Shown here one piece after another: positions 58,079 through 64,000 of a stretch of DNA of 64,000 nt. Origin of the DNA: a virus; the IMG/VR virus record IMGVR_UViG_3300011187_000003, positions 23,726-87,725 of that record. One strand, 5' to 3'. A model generated the notes under the pieces. It was not told the DNA's origin. It worked only from the letters and a program-made list of their open reading frames with translations, and searched no databases. Each line of letters begins with the position of its first letter. The first letter of the stretch is position 1. Made by a program: the position numbers and the translations under genes.

Positions 58079-61000
58079 ATGAAGGATATTAATAGTACAT
58101 TGTTAGATGCTTTACTTAGTAATAATGTAAATATAGATTTTAAAACTTTTATTAACTTCAATGATGATAATGTACTATCAGCAGATGAAGATGTATCACA
58201 ATACATAGAATCAGTTAAGGTTAGCAAAAAGACTGAGGGAAATATAGGTACTAGCATAACAGATGAAGCAACTATTACTTTAGATAACTCTGACAATAGA
58301 TTTTCACCAAAGAATCAAAGCTCAGAATATGCAGGTAATGTTGTACCAAACAAATACACAAGAATTGAAGCAGGGATACCTAGTAATGTTGCATTACTTT
58401 TTGATGGTGAACTGCAAGACATAAGGCCTAATTATGACAATAGTAAAGTCTCTATGAAAATTAAAGATATAACAAATAAACTAAAGAATATTAAATGCCC
58501 TGACAAGTTCTATGAGGAAGAATATAGAGAAGATATCATCAAAGATTTACTGGATTATGCTGGTGGTGTTTATACATCAGATAGTATTGATAGTACAAAC
58601 TCAAAGGTTAGTGCATATTTTAAGGGTGAGACAGTTTGGAGTGCAATACAGAAGTTGTCAAAGTCAGTTTGGGGTAGAGTTTTTGTTGAGGATGGAGTTA
58701 TTTACTTTAGGACTAGACTTTCACCTGAATATACTCAAGAAAAAAATATAGTAAAAACTTTAGATAATACAGATTATTTTAAGGTTAAAGAAAATTACAG
58801 TAGTAAGGAAGTTTACAATGAGGTTACTGTAAAATCAACACCTTATAAACAAAGGTCAGAAAGACAGGTTTGGCAAGCAAGTAGTCAAGATACAAGTGTT
58901 TCTGAGCAATATAATATCTCTCACATAGACTCAAAACAACTCCAGCTAACAGAGACTGTAGATGGTAATGTTCAAAATACAACTAATGTTCCAATAACTA
59001 ATGGGTCTTTAATGGTAGCTGATAGAACAACTGGTATTGAATATACTGTAGAGAATGGTGGCCTTTCTGTTAATAACTCAACTGGCCTAATAACATTTAG
59101 TGATAACAATGATTATCCTGTGCCTTCAGGAACAGGTATCCTAGATGTGAAGTACAGTTTTAATATTAGTATATTAGAGCCAAATAAAAGCAGAAACTTT
59201 ATTATTAATCTTGACCACCCTACTACAAACTTAAGCAACATGCATTGTACTGTAGAGAATTTAACTGACAATGTAGAGCTTATTCCTCATGGGGCAGATA
59301 GGACTATTACACTAGGTCGTAACCAAAGTGAAACAATTTCAATTGATGAACCACATACATTGTCGTGGGAGGTTGATTTCCAAGAGGGAGCTGACCATGA
59401 TAACTATTCAGGTTCTTATACTTTTGCTGAAGGAGAAATGGGAGATTATACCATAACAACTTCCACCTCTACAGATTTTGATACATGGCCTGATGATGAT
59501 GATGCACAGCAAAGCTTTTCTATTAAAGGGTCAGCTGGTACTATTGCTAGCAAGAGTTGGAGCGATAGAGAATGGAGGATGGAAACTCCAGTAACAATGA
59601 AGTTAAAAGTTTCCTATACCCACTATGAATACGAAGAAATTTTACCACCTAATCCTGATGTAAAGACTAAGCCTGAGATAAAAAGTGACAAACAAACCAT
59701 AGAGGTTCAGATTGACAACAACTCTAGTAAAAGAGTTAGACTTCATGGGTACAGGAAAGATAAAGAAGATACTACTGAGGAAATGTTGCTATTTGGTACT
59801 CCATATACTAGGGAAGACGAAATGGAGTATACAGCTGTTGATGATGAAAGTAAACAGCAATTTACTGTAAGTACTATGGGTGAAATTCAGAATGACTTCT
59901 TAGCAACTAACTCTGATATAAAGAAAATTGCAGACTATTTACTGTATCAATATTCCACACCTATGACAACTTTAGAGTTAGAATGTAAACCAATGCCTGA
60001 TTTAGAAATCATGGATAAGATTCAGGTGATTCAAGAAGATAGAGATATTGATGATGTATTCTTTGTAAAAGAAATAAGTTATAAGTACTCTAAAAATGAT
60101 GTACTATCTATGAGCCTTAAATTAAGACAGGCATATCAAAGTGAGTTTGTCTTTGAAGATGATGGAAGCTACTCCATTCCTGATGGTGGTGATGACCATT
60201 CTGTCACAAAACCACAGTCTATTAGTGTGCTTAATGCTAATACTATCTCTGCATCTGTTTATGGTGATAATAAAATAAGAATTACTTGGAAAAATAACAG
60301 AGAGTATGGACTTAGCCACTACAATATTTACAGAAAAGACCCAAATGATAATGTATTTGTTTATATTGGACAATCTAAAAAAGGTAGTTTAAGATATATT
60401 GATTCAGGCCTTGACTACAACACCACTTATGAATACAAAATAACAGCAGTTGATAAAGCAAATGTAGAATCAGATTTAAGTAACTCTGTAAGTGCTACTA
60501 CTAAATTAGCAAATACACCACCTGCACCTAGCTTTGAAGGTACATCATTTACTGACAGAGCAGTAATAAATTGGTCAGAAATAGATGAGGCAGATAAATA
60601 TGAATTACGAACTGACACTAACTTTGGGGTGTTTGATAGTGGTGTAGTATATAGGGGGAAAGAACTAAGTACTATTACCTACCCCACCAACAGAAATGTA
60701 ACTTATTACTTAAAATCTATTAACGACAACGAAAATTATAGTAGTAGTTATGCTACTATAAATGTAGAGAATACAGCGCCACCTGCACCAACAGCACCTG
60801 AAATTACAGAGTTTTTTGAAGGGTTGTGGATAAGTGTAAATGGTGTAAGTGACAATGATATTCAAGGATATAATATCTATATTACTGATACTGAGGCTAA
60901 CCAAACAGAGACTGTATCTTTAGCAACAGCCTCTAGGGTAACTTATAAGGCTAACCCTAATCAAGAGCTTTCTGTTAAGGTAACAGCTTTTGACTCATTT

Positions 61001-61546
61001 GGGGAAGGAGCTAGGTCAAGTGCTGTTCAGGGTAAAACTAGAAGCATTGATGATGTACATCAATTTGGTCTTAAGTTTAGACCTCCTGAGCTTGTAGATA
61101 CTAAACCTACTCTTCCTGATAACTTATTCCCTGAAGGGGCAACTATTTATAATACCTCAGATGATACTCTTTATAAAAACATTAATGGTAGCTGGAGTAC
61201 AGACTTGGGCGAAGATGAGTATCAAAAGATATTGGTAGGAGTTGTTGAAGCAGGTGCTATAGGAGTTAAACAATTAGAGGCTGAAAGCATTACAGCTGAT
61301 GCAGTTGGTACTAATCAAATAATTACTGACTTGGCTAATATTAATGATGCTGTAATTGATGAGCTAAAAGTTAGAAGTATTACATCAGATATGATTACAG
61401 TAGGAGCAGATACGACCTATGAGGCAGGATATAACCCTTATGAAAATAGTAAGCAAGCAGTTAAGATTAAGCCTCAAGGTGCAAAACTTTGGCACTTTGA
61501 TAAACACTTTACATCGACACAAGGAGAAATGATAACAATAACTTAA
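58079..61546 (+). CDS. Tail tip/baseplate hub protein with fibronectin type III domains
   Basis: ITLDN.D..FSP N-terminus; FN3 W…YNIYR…Y.D..L…Y.Y.ITAVD…ES; IT..I repeats. Confidence 0.75.
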   Translation: MKDINSTLLDALLSNNVNIDFKTFINFNDDNVLSADEDVSQYIESVKVSKKTEGNIGTSITDEATITLDNSDNRFSPKNQSSEYAGNVVPNKYTRIEAGIPSNVALLFDGELQDIRPNYDNSKVSMKIKDITNKLKNIKCPDKFYEEEYREDIIKDLLDYAGGVYTSDSIDSTNSKVSAYFKGETVWSAIQKLSKSVWGRVFVEDGVIYFRTRLSPEYTQEKNIVKTLDNTDYFKVKENYSSKEVYNEVTVKSTPYKQRSERQVWQASSQDTSVSEQYNISHIDSKQLQLTETVDGNVQNTTNVPITNGSLMVADRTTGIEYTVENGGLSVNNSTGLITFSDNNDYPVPSGTGILDVKYSFNISILEPNKSRNFIINLDHPTTNLSNMHCTVENLTDNVELIPHGADRTITLGRNQSETISIDEPHTLSWEVDFQEGADHDNYSGSYTFAEGEMGDYTITTSTSTDFDTWPDDDDAQQSFSIKGSAGTIASKSWSDREWRMETPVTMKLKVSYTHYEYEEILPPNPDVKTKPEIKSDKQTIEVQIDNNSSKRVRLHGYRKDKEDTTEEMLLFGTPYTREDEMEYTAVDDESKQQFTVSTMGEIQNDFLATNSDIKKIADYLLYQYSTPMTTLELECKPMPDLEIMDKIQVIQEDRDIDDVFFVKEISYKYSKNDVLSMSLKLRQAYQSEFVFEDDGSYSIPDGGDDHSVTKPQSISVLNANTISASVYGDNKIRITWKNNREYGLSHYNIYRKDPNDNVFVYIGQSKKGSLRYIDSGLDYNTTYEYKITAVDKANVESDLSNSVSATTKLANTPPAPSFEGTSFTDRAVINWSEIDEADKYELRTDTNFGVFDSGVVYRGKELSTITYPTNRNVTYYLKSINDNENYSSSYATINVENTAPPAPTAPEITEFFEGLWISVNGVSDNDIQGYNIYITDTEANQTETVSLATASRVTYKANPNQELSVKVTAFDSFGEGARSSAVQGKTRSIDDVHQFGLKFRPPELVDTKPTLPDNLFPEGATIYNTSDDTLYKNINGSWSTDLGEDEYQKILVGVVEAGAIGVKQLEAESITADAVGTNQIITDLANINDAVIDELKVRSITSDMITVGADTTYEAGYNPYENSKQAVKIKPQGAKLWHFDKHFTSTQGEMITIT

Positions 61547-61560
61547 AGGAGAGGATAATA

Positions 61561-61959
61561 ATGGCATTACATTTTTATCATGATTCAGGAGCAACTAATT
61601 TAGTTGAGGCAGGAGATGTTGACCATGAAAGAAAGGCAGAACCTGCTGGAAATACAGTGACGATTGAACAGCAACTATACATTGGCAGTGATGATATTAA
61701 TTTAACTTATGAAAATGTAACAGTAAGCTCAGCAAATGACTTTGATGGTACCACTACAGCAGGTGAGATTGATGTTGAATATGCTTTAGATAGTGGTGGT
61801 TCAGCAGGTACTTATAACCAGAGTTTAGATATGGCAAACCAAGATTTTGACCCTGCAACACCAATTTGGAGAAAAATTACAGCACCTAGTATTACAGATG
61901 CTTTTAAAATTAGTAATATAGAACATCACATAGATAATTATGACGAATATGTTAAGTAA
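61561..61959 (+). CDS. Tail-associated hypothetical protein
   Basis: AAGGAGAGG RBS; P.WR motif. Confidence 0.55.
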   Translation: MALHFYHDSGATNLVEAGDVDHERKAEPAGNTVTIEQQLYIGSDDINLTYENVTVSSANDFDGTTTAGEIDVEYALDSGGSAGTYNQSLDMANQDFDPATPIWRKITAPSITDAFKISNIEHHIDNYDEYVK

Positions 61960-61978
61960 AGAAAGGAGTTGGTAAGGT

Positions 61979-64000
61979 ATGTCTATAAGTTATGACATAA
62001 CAAGCAGGAACTGGGATAACACAGATGTAGGTGTAAATATAACAGATGATGATGGGTTTAATGGGATTAAAGATATAGATAATGATAATGCTAGTTTTAG
62101 TGAAGGAACTCTGACTGATGTAGTGGCAGTTGATGATAGTTTACAACTTGCTAATAATTATGCTTTAAGTTTTGATGGTATTGATGATTATGCAGCTATT
62201 AGTAATGGTTCATTTTTAAATTTAAATACAGCTACTATTGAAATTGAAACATATATTGATAGAACATTAAATTCTGAAAAATTAAGTATAATAGCTGATA
62301 CTTGTATATATACTGGTGCATCCAAAGGTGGTTGGGTATTAGCTTTAGATGATAGAGATGCTAGGAATTATCATTTTAGGGTTGGAGTACAAGATTCAAC
62401 TAGTTGGATTATTGATTTACAGACAGAATTAGTTGACTATTTTCCAACTGCTAAAATTTATAATATTGTTTTAGTTTTCAAAGATAGTGATTACATTTCA
62501 ATCTTCGTAGATGGTACTGAAGTTTATACAACTATGATAAGTACAACACCTGTATCAAGTGGCTTAGATTTATCATTAGGAGGAGTGTCTGATAATTGGT
62601 TTTTAAAATGTCAGATGAATTATTTCAGAATATGGAATACAGCTAGAACACAAACTGAAATACAAAACAATATAAACACAGAATTAATAGGTAACGAAAC
62701 AGGGCTAGTAGCATATTACAAAATGGACACAGGAACAGGTACAACACTAACTGATTATGCAGGGACTAATGATGGAACAATTTATGGCTCTAGCTGGGTT
62801 GATGATTATACACCACAAGGCAACAGAATAGCACCACAACTAGACCTATCAACAATAGACGTTGTTGATAGTAGTGTAATAAGTTGGAGTGAAGCTCTTA
62901 ATGAAAATTTATTTACAGATAGTGATTTTGATGATGCTGTAAACACTTGGAGTGCAGAAATTCAATATGATAATGGAGGTGCAGTTGATAACGGTAGATA
63001 TGGGGCAGATACAAGTACATGGGGCTTCTATCAAGATGTTTTTATATCTGAAGGATATAGATATAAAATTAGTGGTTATGTGAGAATGCCTTCTAACAAT
63101 GCTGATGTAAGAATCAGCTTGGATTCGACGGATTTGGGGCAGGCTTATGTAGATACTAATGGTGAGTGGACATATTTTGAATATATATCAGGAGTTGCAG
63201 AATCATCAAGATTAGAACGAATACATATTCTTGATAAAAGTAAGAGTGGGAATGAAGTTCAAGCAGATAAATTTTATATTGAGAAGTTAGATATCCTCAA
63301 TATCAACATAGAAACCTCAGTTGATAATCAATCAACTTGGCAGACAGTAACAAATGGAGGTTCAATACCTAATATAAGTGGTGCTAGTACCCTTGATGTA
63401 AGACAAACCCTATCAACTGATGATACCACAGTCACACCAGTTTTAGAAAGCCTCACAGTAGAAGTTGAAACTCCTATCCAACATAACTGGAGTCTAGATA
63501 CCTCAACTCCATCTTCTTGGAATGATGTGAGCAATCCACTAACTCAATCATCAGAAGGTGAGTGGTATTTGCACACTAGGCATTTTGAGGACAACAATCC
63601 AGTTACTGAATATACTGGAACTTATAATATAGATAAAACACCACCAGCTGTACCAAATGTTAACTTGACTAATAACACATCCCATTCATTCAGTTTAGAT
63701 TGGACTAATGATGACAGCTTAAGTGGAATTGACTATGTTGAATTATATGCTAAAACTTCAGATGGAACTGTAATTGATATAAATGGTGATAGTAATACAG
63801 AAGATTATATAACCTTAACAGCTACTGATGATACATACACAGTTGATGGGTTATCAGAATACTCTGACTATGACTATAAAGTAATTACCTATGATAAAGC
63901 AGGAAATTCATCAGCTGATGGTTTTTATACCATGACTACAGATGATATTACTGAGCCTGTAATTGGCTACAATGTAAACTCTACTAGCTGGCAAAACACT
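61979..64000 (+). CDS. Receptor-binding/tail fibre protein, LamG + carbohydrate-binding + FN3 domains (runs off the window)
   Basis: YALSFDGIDDY…RIWNTARTQTEI…GLVAYYKMD LamG; NLFTDSDFD CBM-like; IDKTPP…FN3. Confidence 0.75.
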   Translation, partial: MSISYDITSRNWDNTDVGVNITDDDGFNGIKDIDNDNASFSEGTLTDVVAVDDSLQLANNYALSFDGIDDYAAISNGSFLNLNTATIEIETYIDRTLNSEKLSIIADTCIYTGASKGGWVLALDDRDARNYHFRVGVQDSTSWIIDLQTELVDYFPTAKIYNIVLVFKDSDYISIFVDGTEVYTTMISTTPVSSGLDLSLGGVSDNWFLKCQMNYFRIWNTARTQTEIQNNINTELIGNETGLVAYYKMDTGTGTTLTDYAGTNDGTIYGSSWVDDYTPQGNRIAPQLDLSTIDVVDSSVISWSEALNENLFTDSDFDDAVNTWSAEIQYDNGGAVDNGRYGADTSTWGFYQDVFISEGYRYKISGYVRMPSNNADVRISLDSTDLGQAYVDTNGEWTYFEYISGVAESSRLERIHILDKSKSGNEVQADKFYIEKLDILNINIETSVDNQSTWQTVTNGGSIPNISGASTLDVRQTLSTDDTTVTPVLESLTVEVETPIQHNWSLDTSTPSSWNDVSNPLTQSSEGEWYLHTRHFEDNNPVTEYTGTYNIDKTPPAVPNVNLTNNTSHSFSLDWTNDDSLSGIDYVELYAKTSDGTVIDINGDSNTEDYITLTATDDTYTVDGLSEYSDYDYKVITYDKAGNSSADGFYTMTTDDITEPVIGYNVNSTSWQNT

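Noticed and set aside
1-64000. Frequent AGCTGG/CAGCTG as a Chi-like motif
   Set aside because: Largely explicable by Ala-Gly and Gln-Leu codons; cannot be supported without counts.
1-64000. tRNA, rRNA, inteins, reverse transcriptase
   Set aside because: No cloverleaf or GTTCGA-arm context seen; DnaE, DnaB and TerL are of normal length; no RT motifs.

Overview
The window is 64 kb of a large, low-GC, probably temperate tailed phage (siphovirus-type: long tape measure, no sheath gene). Its acidic proteins and sigma-A-type promoters suggest a halophilic Firmicute host such as Halanaerobiales (inference). Transcription diverges at about 21-21.8 kb. The left arm (minus strand) holds many small early genes, each behind its own strong promoter, then a XerC-type recombinase, RecJ, an XRE-repressor/sigma-factor switch and a replication module (initiator with internal iterons, SSB, Sak4-like ATPase, DnaB, DnaG, DEDD exonuclease). 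The right arm holds a compositionally distinct 21.8-25.7 kb block of promoter-ORF-hairpin units ending in six phased DnaA boxes and a dif-like site. After it come middle genes (DnaE, ThyX, dNMP kinase, PIN-PhoH, nucleases, second sigma factor) and the packaging, head and tail operons. The most striking observation is a candidate anti-Shine-Dalgarno small-RNA switch. All nine genes of the rightward block use an AGGAG(C/A)TG ribosome-binding site, while the leftward early genes mostly use AGGAGGT. Two leftward promoters would make non-coding RNAs that display the complement UCAGCUCCUU: a ~90-nt hairpin-loop sRNA at 20.79-20.88 kb and a multi-seed leader at 17.65-17.78 kb. No tRNA, rRNA or CRISPR array was seen. 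All calls come from reading the sequence by eye, without database searches.
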